64,000 nucleotides of DNA from Haliotis rufescens (GCF_023055435.1 NW_025964335.1:1736001-1800000), one strand, 5' to 3'; positions 38,701 through 52,776 are shown, counted from the stretch's first letter. The notes: a model not told the origin generated them from the letters alone. Numbers and translations are program-made.

Positions 38701-40081
38701 CAAGCAAATTATAGGCAAAGGAAAATTAATAAAAATGGCTTCTAATAATTAGGAACATCGTAAATTTCACCATTTATGACACATTACTACATTACCATTT
38801 ACGGCGGTATTTAGTGTATGTTTTGAAATCAAAATATTGGATATTTTATTTAAAAATACTGAATTTCAAATATAGTATATCTGTGATCTCGGGTATATAT
38901 ATATTTTTCTCATATTACGAATGACCACTGTGAACGTCGCTGATAACCTGGTAATGTTTTGGAAAATAGGCAAACACGAACGCCGAAGTAACTTTCCACC
39001 ACATGGAACTGTGAGACACGTTCACGTGTGCCGGATATTTCAAAGTCTGCGATATGTAGATACCTGAATTGCTCATACATTTTAGAATCAAATGACAAAT
39101 GGCCTTTGTCACCAAAAATGCACTTGTTTGAAATGTAAAAAAAGCACAATTCATATGTTTCAGTGTGTAGCATTTTCACCTATTTTGAGAAATGAAATGG
39201 CTCTATATTTTGAGAATAAATATGGGAGGAGTATCGTAGCTATTGGGGAATTAGACAATAGATACATTACAATGATTTGGTACATTCAACATAAACTGTT
39301 AAAAGTTTCCGTCCTGTGTGAGGGCATGACTGACGCAAAATCAAGCACAACGATAACGACAACGTTTTTCATCAACATTTCTTACTATTTCTCTTGGATA
39401 CAATTAAATAAAAAACATAAAAACAAACAACAAAACGCATATTGTCAAAATGTTTCTGATTACTCACATGGCACATGATCCCGGAATGTACGATCCCTGA
39501 ATCAACGAAAGTCCCCACGTACAATCTTGCATACAGAAGTCAGTGGACACACCATTTTGTAAATGTCGATAAACGGTTGTGATGTCAAACGTCAACATAT
39601 GTTATACATATTTGGTAACTTCTTTCAGGTGAAGGTCGGGAGAGAAATGGAAAGTCAATTCTGATGTTAAGTTAATAAAAGTAACTCTCGTTGATTTACA
39701 ATGAGTTGTGTTTCTTATTTATGGAATTGGAACTACAATGCTTTGCGTAACTGTGACGAATATATCAGCTGGTGGGTCACTGCATTCCAATGTAAGGGGT
39801 AACGTAATTGTCTAAACTGTGCGTCACAGTAACATTGGCATCCCTTAAACCTCAAAACACGAATTTATAAGAAGTGACTCTCACATTGTGGTTGTTTACT
39901 GGAGTATGAAAGCTTTGAACGCAAGCTCGGGCGTTTACACGATTTTAACTTGCACGGCATACTTTATATGAATAATATGTGTTCTACATACAGAAATCAT
40001 CTGATATTTATAGGAGAATCTTCCATACATGGTACACATCTTTCTTCTGAAGAAAATATAACTTATATACATGTATGGGGA

Positions 40082-40233
40082 GGGCGGTCGGGTAGCCTAG
40101 TGGTTAAAGCGTTCGCTCGCCACGCCGAAGACCCGGGTTCGATTCCCGACATGGGTACAATGTGCGAAGCCCATTTCTGGTGTCCCCCACTGTGAAACTG
40201 CTGAAAGCGGCGTAAAAGAATACTCACTCACTC
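40082..40233 (+). mobile_element. tRNA-derived SINE family 1; orthologous to 55362-55513, absent at ~25935
   Basis: Full head, body and tail; flanked by acatgtatg-like duplication. Confidence 0.85.
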
Positions 40234-41551
40234 TCATGAATGTGGTATGCCGGTCGACAGCGACGAAGTGGTTGTAAAATCTCCAAACATTTTTGAAGGC
40301 TTCAGGGCGACAGTCGTGAAATATAGAAAAGAACTTACGTTAAACATGGAACGGATGGGGTGATAGGCCACTGCAGCTTAATATTCCAATCCTCTTTTAA
40401 GTAAGTGTTCAGAAAGGAGGCGTGTGTACCTCAAGTTAATATTTTTCACCGATCTACACAGTGACGTCAAGGAGGTTTCATAGGAAAAAGCATCAGGGCT
40501 ACTATAAATGTGCGGTAGCCTGTTGGTTGAAGCGTTCGCTCGTCGCACCGATTCCCGTGTTTGAATCCCCACATGGGTACAATGTGTGAAGCCCATTTCT
40601 GGTGTCCCCCGCCGTGATTATGTAGAACAATAATGATCAGTGCATCATAAGTTGTATTCTTTAACAGATGTACATGATCTGTGTATCATAAGTTGTATTA
40701 TTTACAGATGTGCATGATCTGTGTAGCATCCGTTGTATTAGTTTCAGCTGTACATTTTAGTGTGTCATAGGTTAGATTATTTACAGATCTTTTGCATCTC
40801 ATTTCATATCTCCACTTGTAAAAAGCAGACGATCTCCCGTTCGTCTGGGTTCAACTCTGTCTGATCCCTCAAGTCAGTATTCTTTCTGGCACTTTTTTCA
40901 ATGAAATATATGCAGTTTTATTTGACTCAACTTAAGGATAACGTTTTGTGGATTTAACTTTTCTTCAGGTAAAGATGGGCACACCTATTTCGAAGACATC
41001 AGCACGTAAGTTGTTCAGAAATGTTCACACGATAGTGGATGTATGTTTTCGAAAAACAAGACAAACTTTATTCAAACTGTTGTTGGAAACATAACTCGCA
41101 AAAGATCCAGAACTGTTTTTCGACGGTTCCAATACGTACAACTTCTGGAGGCACTAGCAGCAGTGGGGTATCCTAGTGGTTAAAGCGTTTGCTCGTCCCC
41201 CTACATGGGTACAATGTGTGAAGCCCATTTCTGGTGACCCCCGCCGTGATGTTGCTAGAATATTGCAAAAGGCGGTGTAAAACCATGCTCGTTAATTCTA
41301 GAATCATTACAAGTAGGAACAGGCATGTCGTCATTTCACCTTTATTGATCCAGTTGTTTCTGAAGACATAGTATGCGAGGATATGCAGTCGATCGAATTG
41401 ATGAGGATTATCAAAGTGCAAATGCCAAATCACGGTGACAAAGACACACTACTTACTACACGAAAAAACACATTTCAATGGTTGAGTAATACCCATAAGA
41501 GGTTTCAGATTTGTGTATGGTCGCAGGGCAAAGCTCATAGAAGGTTTAGTC

Positions 41552-44450
41552 AATGACAACTATAATGTGCAGGACTAAACTCTCCTTGAGTTTGCGACTT
41601 TTGCTACTACTGCTCAGTGTACTTCTAGTTGCCAACGGTGATGTCGAGACGAACCCGGGACCACGACCCCAGAGAACTCTTACTGTTAACGAGAGCGGTA
41701 CGGTCGGAATTAATGCTGGAAGAGAAGACACGACTAGTGATATCACCGCAATGATGAAAGACATTCATAACGAAGTTAGAGAAATGAACAGTAAGTTTGA
41801 CGCTTTGAATGTGAAAGTCGAAAAGATGGCGACCGACTTGCACGTGCAAATTGAGAATGTCATGCAGGAGAACAGACAACTAAAATCCTCTCTCTCACGT
41901 TTGGAAGGGAAATTAGATGATTTAGAGTGTTGTAATAGGCGGGATAATTTAGTATACAGAGGTCTAAAGGGTACTAAAAGTGAGACGTCGGAAAAAAGTG
42001 CAGAGATAGTTCGGGAGTTTCTCGCTTACGACTTGGATATTGACAAGGCAGACGAGATTACAATTTTAAGGGCTTACCGTTTAAACCATAGAAGAGAATC
42101 GTCCCCTATTGTGGCAAAGTTTTTGTTTCCGAAAGAAAAAAGTGACATTTATAAATGTAGCCATGGAACACTCCCAAAGGATTCAGACAAAAGAGTATCC
42201 GAGGACTTTCCTCAGAAAATCAGGGAGGACAGGAGAGCTTTATCTGCATTATTTGGTCTTGCTTTGAGTGATGGGAAAAAACCGAAAATGCGTGTGAACA
42301 AGCTAATTGTGGACAATGATGTGTTCATGTTTGACAGAGAGAAGAACTTTTTTTGTCAAGATTAATGATATTGCGAGTGATAATACTGATAATGAGGCTG
42401 CTGCAGGTGAGGATTGGCCCGGTTATCAATCCGGTCGCTCAAGCGCGGTAACTCCACAGGACAATACTCGAAGAAAATGAAGAAACGGCCCTGGCCCTTT
42501 TGACTTTCGTATTCTGTCATGGAACACTGAAGGATTAAGGAAACACGATAATGAACATTCACAGGTAAAACTCTTCTGTCAGGACTACGACATAATAGCA
42601 TTCGGTGAATATTTTGCTTCCAAGTGCTGACGATTTCACAACCTTCCTGTCCGGTTTTCGATCTTTGAACAGTGTACGCCGGAAAACTAAACGTCGTGGC
42701 CGACCTAGTGGTGGAGTGACTGTTCTTATAAAGGAATACTGGATTTTACATAACTATATATCTAGAATTGATGATGGTTTTCATGACATGGTTGTTTTCC
42801 TTTTTGAAACCACTAAACTTTCAACAAATTAGTAGCTCTGATTGGATACAGCATTTTAGTAACCTTCTGTGTGTAGATAGCATATCCACTAAGGGTTTTG
42901 ATTATGACATATGTAATACGGAGGTAGAAGAGGCATCTATATTGAAATTAAATGGCCCTATTACTATGATGGAAGTTTTGTTTCATATTGATAAGTTTGG
43001 ATTAAATAAATCCCCTGGTCCTGATGGCCTTGCTGCAGAATTTCTGAAAGCATCATCAGATTATATTCTACATGTGTTGGTCTTATTGTTTAACAACATA
43101 TTTGATAATGGTGAATTCCCTAGAGAATGGGGAAAAAGTATAATATGTCCTTTATTTAAGTCAGGAGATAAACACTGTATTGAATAGTATCGATATCGTG
43201 GAATCTCCTTGATAGATATTATTTGTAATTTTTTTTGCTTTACTCTTAACTGCAGATTGCAGCTTTGGTGTGGCGAACATACTGTCATTAATGAAGCACA
43301 GTTTGGCTTCAGAGCTAATTGCTCCACTTTTGATAGTATTTTCTGTTTGCAATCTATTGCCCAAAAATATGCCCATAGGAAAAATGGAAGATTTTATTGT
43401 TTATTTATAGACTTTTCAAAAGTTTTTGATTCGATTAAACATGACGTTTTGTTAAAAAGCTTAAATGAAGTAGGAGTTAGTGGCAAATTTTTAAAGATAA
43501 TAGTTTCAATGTATTTAAATTGAAGTGCTTGTGTAAGACTCTTTGGTGGTTTATCAAATTTTTTTAGGTGTAACATTGGTACGAGGCAGGGATGTACCTT
43601 AAGCCCGCAGTTTTTTATTATTTTTATAAACAAGTTAATGTACTTCATGAAAGAAACTGGTGGCAGGGGTGCCTATGTTTCACCTTCCGTTAAAGAGATG
43701 TTTGTTTTGATGTTTGCTGACGATGTGTCATCTATGGCAGATTCGTGTTTAAAGTTACAAAAAAAGATATATGCCTTGGAACACTTTTGTGATGTGACGG
43801 TAATGAAAGTTAATTTGAATAAAACAAAGATAATGGTTTTTCATAATGGAGGCCCTTTGCGTGCATATGAGAAGTGGTATTTTATGGGAAAACAGATTGA
43901 TGTTGTATCGTCATATAAATATCTGGGTCTGGTTTTTACGCCCAAACTTGTTTGGAGTAAGGCACATCTTGCACTTACTGCCCAAGCACAAAAGGCTTTA
44001 TTTGCTATTTATACATATTCAAGGAAATTTGGTAATTTATCATGTAAAGATTTGTTTAAAATAGTTGATGCTACAGTTCTACCCATTCTTTGTTATGGTG
44101 CAGAGATATGGGTCGTGAATTACTGTAGGAGAGTTGAAAGTGTACAGATAAAGTTATGTAAATGAATACTTAAAGTTGGTAAAAGTATTACAAATAATAT
44201 GGTTCTAGGGGAATGTGGAAGAATTCCTCTCCGGCAAAATTTTGCCGATATCCTAGCTTGAACCATTTCAAATCTATTATGTGTAATAACAATGAAGCAG
44301 TCTTAAATAGTTTATCACGTTTCACATTTCTATTATGACATAAGTCATGTGTCACGTTACTTTACCGTTGCATCTGTGAACAATTGGTATATTGTGAACT
44401 GTAATTGTATATGGGCCCGAGGCCTTCATGCAAATAAAAGTTCTTCTTCT
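41552..44450 (+). mobile_element. Non-LTR retrotransposon (RTE-X/L2-like, clade uncertain): open ORF1 with 2A peptide (41553-42365), deleted and frameshifted EN-RT ORF2, AATAAA plus (TTC)n tail
   Basis: GDVETNPGP; NRRDNL, AYRL, VSEDF ORF1 motifs; ILSWNTEGL, GRPSGGV, KSPGPDG, FIDFSKVFD, GTRQGCTLSP, FADD, YKYLG, LGECGRIP; aataaaagttcttcttct at 44433-44450. Confidence 0.88.
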
Positions 44451-47400
44451 ATACCGAAAGACGTTACTTGTTGTTACCTTGCCTGGTGCTCGGCATTAAG
44501 GGACTAAAACAGGGACTTGTCGGCTCGGAATCAGTATACTGTGTCGAAGTGGGATATCCATGTTACACTGCGGCATTGTATGTCACTTGTACAAGCACAC
44601 GCGCGGTCCGGGGGCCTTTTACAGAATAAAATTGTCTGTCTGATTGTCATACTCTCTGTTATAAAACTGAATGTTTACCATTGTTCACCACGGTCTTTGA
44701 AGTTTGTCATTGTAAAATATGCGTATTTGGTACCTCAATAAGGTATATGAAGGTACTTGATTGACATGAATGTTCGCAAATGACTTTCAAGAAAGGTATT
44801 TCAAATAAATATTTTCCTTCTCGGTAATCACCACACCAGAAACGAAACCTGTATCTTTTGGCTTTCGGCATGACAGCTGCCGCCCAACTTTCATGTTTAA
44901 GTTATACTCCATCTGGATAACTGACATTCTACCATGAATTTGGAAATTACTCGATTCTGACTGGTTAATTGGAGGCTATTTAATCACAATAAACCCCCTC
45001 TGATTCAAACAGCTGGTTTGACGATCGCATCACAGCGGAAGCGTAAATTCATAGAATTCAACTTTTTTCAGTCATTGTCAGTAGGCATATTTAAATTGTT
45101 ATATCTACAATTAAAGGTTACAAAATACAAAGTTGCAGTTACTGCAATATTCAAGGGATGTGCGGCCATACATTTCGTGCAGAATTAAGTGTGACAGGTG
45201 CTGACGAATGTTTTTTCTCCGGTTTCTGTCCATACATTATGATGATGTCATGACTGCATTTCATATTCATGAAAGGGTCATTTGAAATTACAAGTATGTG
45301 CACAAGCTTGGACTTGTGTGTCGTGTTTTCCTATTTATATGTTTATATTTACAATTGTATACATACAGACGTGAAAGTTAAGGTTGTAATATGATCTCGC
45401 CGGCATAACAACAGAATAGGTGTATTCCACAAAAATATTCAGGTTTACTTCCTCTTAACATTTCTGCTACTTCCAGGAATGCAACAAGATTATCAATTAA
45501 TATTAAGTACCTTTATGGCGCAATGATATCAGTGGATGATAGGAATATGTTGAATAACAACTGAAGTTGTGCAGAATAGTTAACACAATTTAAAAAGAAA
45601 TACGAAATGATATACTTTTTTATTTCAATGTTATGGTACTTCAAAATAACCAAATCATACACGCAAATACAGTGACAAATATGGACATAGGTTTGATCGC
45701 TTAATTATTAATGATTCTAATTGTAGTTATTATTATACAAAGATAATCTTCATTATCTATTTCAATGTAAACACTAATATCAAATTGCTTCTTTTATATA
45801 AAGGTTTTGATTCTAAAACCATGTTGTTTTGAAATATAGCTCCCTCGTGTGAAGCAAATATTACATAAGTAGAATCTGTTCATGCATATTTTACCCCCAA
45901 GAAAGCTTCAGATAGGCATTGAGCCTGTTTACCACACCATTTTCAAGAAAAGCAAATATTGTTTAAACTAAATAATATTCCTATGTTTTTAAATTTCCAG
46001 GAATGTAAGTTATAATTAATACATTAAATTACATAATATCACATATCTATAACCGTGAATATGTACAAATGTGCATGTAGGACAACTATCATGGACATGA
46101 ACAATTATCCTCACGGACATTTCCTCATAGGACAATTCCCCGCTCTGACAGTTAGGAAAATTCCCCATACTGATACTTCCCCACATTCACAAATTGAATA
46201 TGCAAATGACATAAAACAACATTATATTTACAATTTGACAAACTGTAATACTATGAACATAAAAATCCATTATCACTTGTCAAGTTCACTCAAATGTCAC
46301 CAGCACGAAGCTGTCACAGATATGACAGATATCTGCAGTCAGACAACATGGCAGCATATATTTAATTCCCTAACCCCCTTTTAATCAATGGCAAAATCAC
46401 CTTCTTAAATGTGTCCCCGACCGACCAATCGTTCTCTTGTTAATTATTACGAAAACAAGAAAAGTGTAGCAAAATGCTTAACATTGAGAAGGGAATTGTC
46501 CATGTGCGGAAATATATATAAAAGCATGTACAATAACTGGCATGCTAGTTGTTGTTGTTTAAAATCAATTGCTGTTTAAACTACAACTTTGAAATGATTC
46601 AAATATTATCTTGTTTTCATAACATTCCGAATTGACATATTTTTAATGTAAAGCTATCAGTGGACAAATTAATATGAAGCAATACGGATCCTTGAAGTCA
46701 TGACCACATGTAAATGGCGGTTCAGGAAATATATACCTGACCAAGCCATCCAACAGTATGCACTTGATAAATAGCAAAAAAAGACATTCTATTACCTGTT
46801 AATTAGAGTCATGCAAGAAAAAGGCACACAGCGTCACCAACCACATACGCCTCCATTAAAGTTGTAATTCAATGAAAGCTGAATACACAATGACAGAAAG
46901 CGGGCAAATGTAACACATGTTTTATTCGAGATGCATAAACTCGTTGAGTGACTTCCTTCCATCAAGGTGAAATTATTTCCCACAGATAATGAAAATTATT
47001 AAAAATTCTGATGATATCCTATCTACATGATATTAAGCATATACTGCCAATTTCCTCTAAAAATAAACTGTTACCTTTGGTATCCCCAAACACCAATACT
47101 CAGCAAGCTCAGTGGACAATTGTTAGAATCACAAACCCTTTTAGATCCTGTCACATGGTCACACCTGGCGATTGTTAAGATCACAAATCCTATCTACAGT
47201 CAGACAACATGGCAGCGTATATTCTATTTCCAATATCCTCGTGGGTTCGAATCCGGGAGTGAACTCAACCCCTAAATAGCACTATTAATTGTAAGTGCTT
47301 AGAAAAAAAACTTAGAAAATGTAATCCCATGGGAATCGTGTCAATTTACACTTATCAGATGGGTACATAAAGTTACCTCGGTTACTGAGTGGGTTAGATC

Positions 47401-47946
47401 GCTGAATTAGTGTTCTAGCCATTAGGTGCCTCACTCTGAGAGCTTGGGTTAGAATTCCGAAGTGAACTCAACTCCTAAATAGTACTATTATTTGTACTTA
47501 GAAAATGTAATCCCAAATATACCATTTGCTATATCTATGATCTGTGTCCCCCAGTTTAATTAAAATCCAGTTCAGTCGATTAAGTATTTTAAATTATAAT
47601 AAGAACATCCTACATCACATGGCCCTAAAGTGTTACACATGTCACTGAAGTAGAAGCAAAGCAATTTATCCACTCTCATAACACGTAACAACCATCACTA
47701 AAGTGTTAAACACACAACAATCCTACACAGCCAATGTGATTAAAGTAATTGTTTCCACAATCCTGGACAACCTACCTGATTAAAATAATTAGGTGTGGGT
47801 TATTGGAGGGTGGGATATTGGCATATTGGGGATTGTCACCGTAGGTTAATGACGGGATCCGTGGGCGTGGGCGTATACTTCCACGTCATAACACTTTTTA
47901 TTTCAACACTCGAAAGTACTGTTTGAAGTGATATGAAACCACTCAC

Positions 47947-48926
47947 TCACTCAATATGCGAGTTACCTTGATTCCTCGAGGTTACATGTTTACTTACAAT
48001 GACAGTCAGATATAAGAACATTGTTAATACCAGTTGCAACAATAATACAGAAACCATAATATAGTTTAAGATTTGTACAAAGAGGTATGCCATCAATTGT
48101 CCAGTCAGAAGAGACATTACAGAATACCCTGCCATATCCGCTATGGATGATACGCCATACAATATGGCTCTATGCTTATTGACATCGAGGGCCCAAGTGT
48201 TCATTGCCGCGAATAGGGGGGAACACACACCTGCTAAAATACTTGTCCCTATCCACATCCATATGAAATCTATTTCCGATACGTATATAAGCATGACAGA
48301 TGTCATTATGGCACTAGCTGTGCAGACATTAATCAGAACAGTTTGTTTAATCACTAAGCTACCAAGTGTACCAAACAGACGTCCGAACATAATAAATATG
48401 TAAAATGACAATGATATTTTTGTCATCTGTTTCGTGTCTGCATATAGTTTGCAGTGAATGCCAAATGTTGGTAAGAACTGACCATATACAAAAAGCATAG
48501 GCCCACAGATTGTGGTATATATTATCATAAGGATTAAAAATACGCCGTCAATAATATTGATTGTGGACCCACTTGTCTCCTTTTGTTGATTCGAGTTTAT
48601 TTCCTCTCGAAATATCCGTTGTGCTAGTATATAACCTGAAAACACCACAACACCCAGACTCGCTATAATGATAAACCCAAACAGCAATTCAGATTTGAAA
48701 TTGTAACACACGTCTTCTCTTAACTGTGCAGTACTGTGTTGTGTTAAAAATGTGATAGTGTCATTTTGAAAGGCTTGCTCAGTGCTGTTACCATGTGCAA
48801 CATTATCAGATAGAAATGGGGAAATAATCAATGGCCCTGTAACGGATCCTGCAGACACAGCTAGGTTGATTATGTGAATGGATGCAGGTTGCTGCTTACT
48901 CAGCTCCCCGGAGAGGACAATCTTTG
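47947..48926 (-). CDS. MFS transporter copy F, exon 3; spliced CDS 1329 nt = 442 aa, intact
   Basis: ttttacag|CA phase 1; open to TGA; 63+286+980 nt is in frame. Confidence 0.88.
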
Positions 48927-49274
48927 CTGTAAAAGAAAGAAATTATAAAATGATGTATGTTCCTGTTCACTTCATTTATTCAACATGGCATATGGTAACC
49001 TTTATTCTATCTTTTGAATATATGCTCCAAATAACCTTGAGGGTATCACGGCACGTAATCATCCGAACCGCAGATCCTTACGGTCGTATCCCAATTTTAG
49101 TTGAATCAAACGGCAAACATGGGATTTTCGGGAAACCTATTCTGACAATGAACCTCTACCGAACAGGACAAAAAAGGATATGGTCCTAACTGGAGACACA
49201 TTAGAACGTGATCTCATTAAACAAACCTTTCCATGTCAGTTGAGATTATATACCTTTTGTAAATAGTGTAATTT

Positions 49275-49639
49275 CGAGGGGCGTTAAATAAGTTTTGCAA
49301 CTTCAATATAAGACGAAGTTGCAGAATATCTTTTGCACTTTTATTTTTCAATATAATCTCCATTCACCTCAATACACTTATTCCGTTTGTCCTTCAAGCT
49401 TTTAATACCACTTTTTTAGAAAACCGCAGATTGGCCCTCTAATCACGCCTCTGTGGCAGCCTTTATGTCCTCGTCATCCTGGAAGCGTCTTTCACGTAGA
49501 ACAGATTTCATTTGCCGGAACAGGAAATAGTCACTGGGGTCTAAGTCTGGGCTGTAGGGTGGGTGATTTAATAAAAGTACAAAAGACATTCTGCGACTTG
49601 GTCTTATATTGAAGTTGCAAAACTTATTGAAGGCCCTCG
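49275..49639. mobile_element. Mariner-derived MITE with ~65-bp inverted ends
   Basis: cgaggggcgttaaataagttttgcaac... / ...gttgcaaaacttattgaaggccctcg|ta; interior encodes (-) HPPYSPDLDPSDYFLF...GDYIEK*. Confidence 0.85.
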
Positions 49640-50379
49640 TATTTCGATAGAAAAAAGACGTTCTTGCATGTGGTCAGTTCTTAATCACGTCACTAAGTTG
49701 TGACCGAGTCACTTATGTGTATACGTGCTGATTAGGATTTGTTCAATATGTTTTATGACCAAGAAAGAAAATATGTGGGAGATTCACTGCGATCATTAAG
49801 AACAAGTAAACATGAAAGAATACATAAGTAATATACAAGAACCAACAAAAAATTACATTACTGACGTGGGGTCCATGCAGGTAGCAAAAGTACTGTAAGT
49901 CCCCATGGTCCCTAGTATGGTGATCTACCTTCAGTTGTTGGTGATCTATAGCCCATTTTTATATTGTATTGTTCCATATAGTAGTATCTTTTTATGGTTG
50001 TATGCTAGTTTTAAATATAAATCTGTTATTAATCTGGTTATTTTACTGTCCATAGATGACAGGTTTTTATTAAATTGAATTATACGTTTTAAAATGTATA
50101 ACTTCTCGTCACGATATGATGTGAAAAATTGCCGATTACGTTAAATATTAACTCACTCAATCACTACATTACTGACGTTACTAAGGGCTCCAACATCAAA
50201 CTGACACGTTGTGATAGAACTGGAATATTGTTCATAGGGGCGTTAAACCCAACTGACTGACTCACTCTTTCACTCACTCATTACTTTGGAAAGATGACTG
50301 AAGTTCTGAGTCTCACTTTTAAAATTCATGTCCTGAAGACATTCCGCTGATTCATTTATCAACAAAACCTTTCAAAGTG

Positions 50380-51480
50380 CAACACATTTGTCAACGTTGT
50401 TGGAGGGATTTTATATATCCCAGTATCGTAGATGTCCTCTTATCTGTCCAAAAGGTTCTCCATAACTGATATCATCGTTCGAGTGGACATGGGTTCTGCC
50501 TTGAGCTTTCTTTATGTTTGGGAACAGATGGAAGAGGATTGTAGCCATGGGACCGACTAATATGTGCTCTATCACATTCCCCGCGGTAGAACAGGTCTTC
50601 AGCATCCCATGCTTCCCGTAAAAGGCGACCATGCTTGTCGTAAAAGGCGACTAACGGGATCGGGTGGTTAGGCTCGCTGACTTGGTTGAAACATGTCCTC
50701 GATCCAAATTGCGTGGATCGGAGCTCATGATATCAATCACTGGGTTATCTGGTCCAGATTCGATTATTTACAGACCGCCGTCATATTGCTGGAATATTGC
50801 TGAGTGCGGTGTAAAGCAACAAACCAAACAACCAACCAACAGCTCTGTCACATGGACCTGATTGAAGCGCACACCTTTTCTCAGCTTCCCATTTCTCTTT
50901 ATCTTAGTTGCCTGACAAGTGCAGCATAATATGCCTTGCTTCCTGGCTGGCCTCACAGAATATAGTCTACCATGTTGATACAATCAACAACCCAGTTCGC
51001 AGAGTCCACAACCAACCCATGTGATGGGATTGATTTGGCCTTCTTTTGTTGTGTTGGTGATAAATGCTTCCACTGCTTTGATTGTAGTCTGAAATTTTTC
51101 AGGAACTTTCTGTGTTAACTTCAGACAGAGTCCGAATATTACGAAACATGTTTTGCCTGGTTCGTGTTTGATGAAATGTCAGCAGCCTTGGAACCCAATG
51201 AGTTGATATTTTTTTCATTACCAAAGTTTCAATTATAATGGAATGTACTTTGTCCTGGGAAATGCCTACTGAAAAAATATGACGCTCAGACATTCCCCGG
51301 CCGGTAAATCACCATATTGTGGACTTTCCTGGATCGTTAAAGTGTTTCTGACGTGAGCTGCCTTCCAGAACGAGGGTCGTCCTCAAGGATCTTCTTTGCA
51401 ACAAACCTCTTTTCAATGGCATAGGAAGGGATATCCTTCTCTTGTGTTGTGCTCATTTTGTGTATTTGATCAATGCACGT
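50380..51480 (-). mobile_element. Degenerate mariner transposase interrupted by a SINE (50580-50840)
   Basis: WVPRLLT, QWKH, KRNGKLRKGV, FHLFPNIKK motifs in order; boundaries approximate. Confidence 0.7.
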
Positions 51481-52139
51481 TCCTCGATTCCCAAGGCCAC
51501 AAAACACTTTTTTGCTGATTCGTCACAGCAACACAATTTGCTCAAATGACTCAAGTTTGTTTGTGGATATACCTCTATGAAATCCTGTACTGTCAACAAG
51601 AAAAGCTATCACTTTTATGCAATTATATCTATTATTGCACCTGCATTTGTATACAATTTTGATTCGACTTGTGTAAACGCAGTGTAATCATCCCGCAATT
51701 TTCACTCTTTGAGCAAATATCACAAAATACAACAGTTGATAACAAAATGATTGTTATTATAAGGTGTTGAAAATATCGAAACTCCTGCTGATTACCTCAC
51801 TTCACATGGTTAAATATGCAAGGGAATGTCACCATTTAAAACGTTACTGAACTTATTTTACAGATGTGGTTATTTACGTCAGAACTTGTGAGATGAACAC
51901 TTCGTCTTGTGACTCTATTGATGGCGTTAATACTCCATGAAAGACTATCAACTAATAATTTGTATGTTGATGCTTTAAAGGACATAATGTTCGCATATGG
52001 AGCACAACACTGTAGCTTCTGCTCATCCAAATAACCTTTGCAGTTGCATAATAAACCTTGGTTTCACCTGTTCGTTTTCTTGAGATTAATATTGTCTGCA
52101 ATACAACCATTGATGTGTGTTAGTGAACATTAGTCTTAC

Positions 52140-52425
52140 CGTGCGCTGCTATTCCATGGGCCAATCCAACTGCGCCCGATAACCCTAGTGCCATCCAAAA
52201 TGCGGGCACTACAGGAACGACGGCCAAGAGACAACTTGCCATTGTCATAGCAGTTGCTGCGACTCCATAGATGTTGCAACAACCTCGGATTTTCAAGAAA
52301 AGTAGAGAACCCATCACCCTTCCTGCTGTAATTACCGGTTGGAACAGACTGACCTTCTGTAGTGGCACATTAAAGATACATTGTAGATCTCGCAGTGCAG
52401 GTCCCAAACAACTATCAACCATGCC
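52140..52425 (-). CDS. MFS transporter copy F, exon 2
   Basis: ccacag|GGC ATG ... CAC G|gtaag, 286 nt, open. Confidence 0.88.
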
Positions 52426-52638
52426 CTGTGGAGAAAAACATTACAGTTAGTAGAACTGTTAATCTAAACTAACATTATCAACAAGTTTTGCTTCGTTGTC
52501 TTTTCATCAGGTTACAAGAGCATAAAGTTCAGGAATGTCAGGGAAGGAACGCGAAGGATATGTTCTTGGAAAATTCAAATGTTATAAGGAACGCATAGTA
52601 AAGGATTCTTAATGCATGAATTTGTAATATGTACTTAC

Positions 52639-52701
52639 ATCTTGTACCGATATGAAACACAGAAACGCTATTCGAGCAAATGCTTGTGTAGAACCTTCCA
52701 T
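52639..52701 (-). CDS. MFS transporter copy F, exon 1 (MEGSTQAFARIAFLCFISVQD; alternative in-frame ATG at 52722)
   Basis: GAT|gtaagt phase 0 donor; aligns with exon 1 of E; lies in a different frame from the ORF-track 52538-52780 ORF. Confidence 0.72.
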
Positions 52702-52776
52702 CCTGTCTTGTATTAGATTCATCAATTACAGATATGCTGTTGTCATCTGCTTCAGCTGTCTCGCGCTGTTCAATTA

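Larger units (their letters stand above)
32190..41551 (+). repeat. Direct segmental duplicate of ~18282-27244 (third copy of the gene-plus-spacer unit)
   Basis: Starts gattgtgtcttcatg as at 18282; colinear through the gene and spacer; ends at the LINE at ~41552. Confidence 0.9.
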
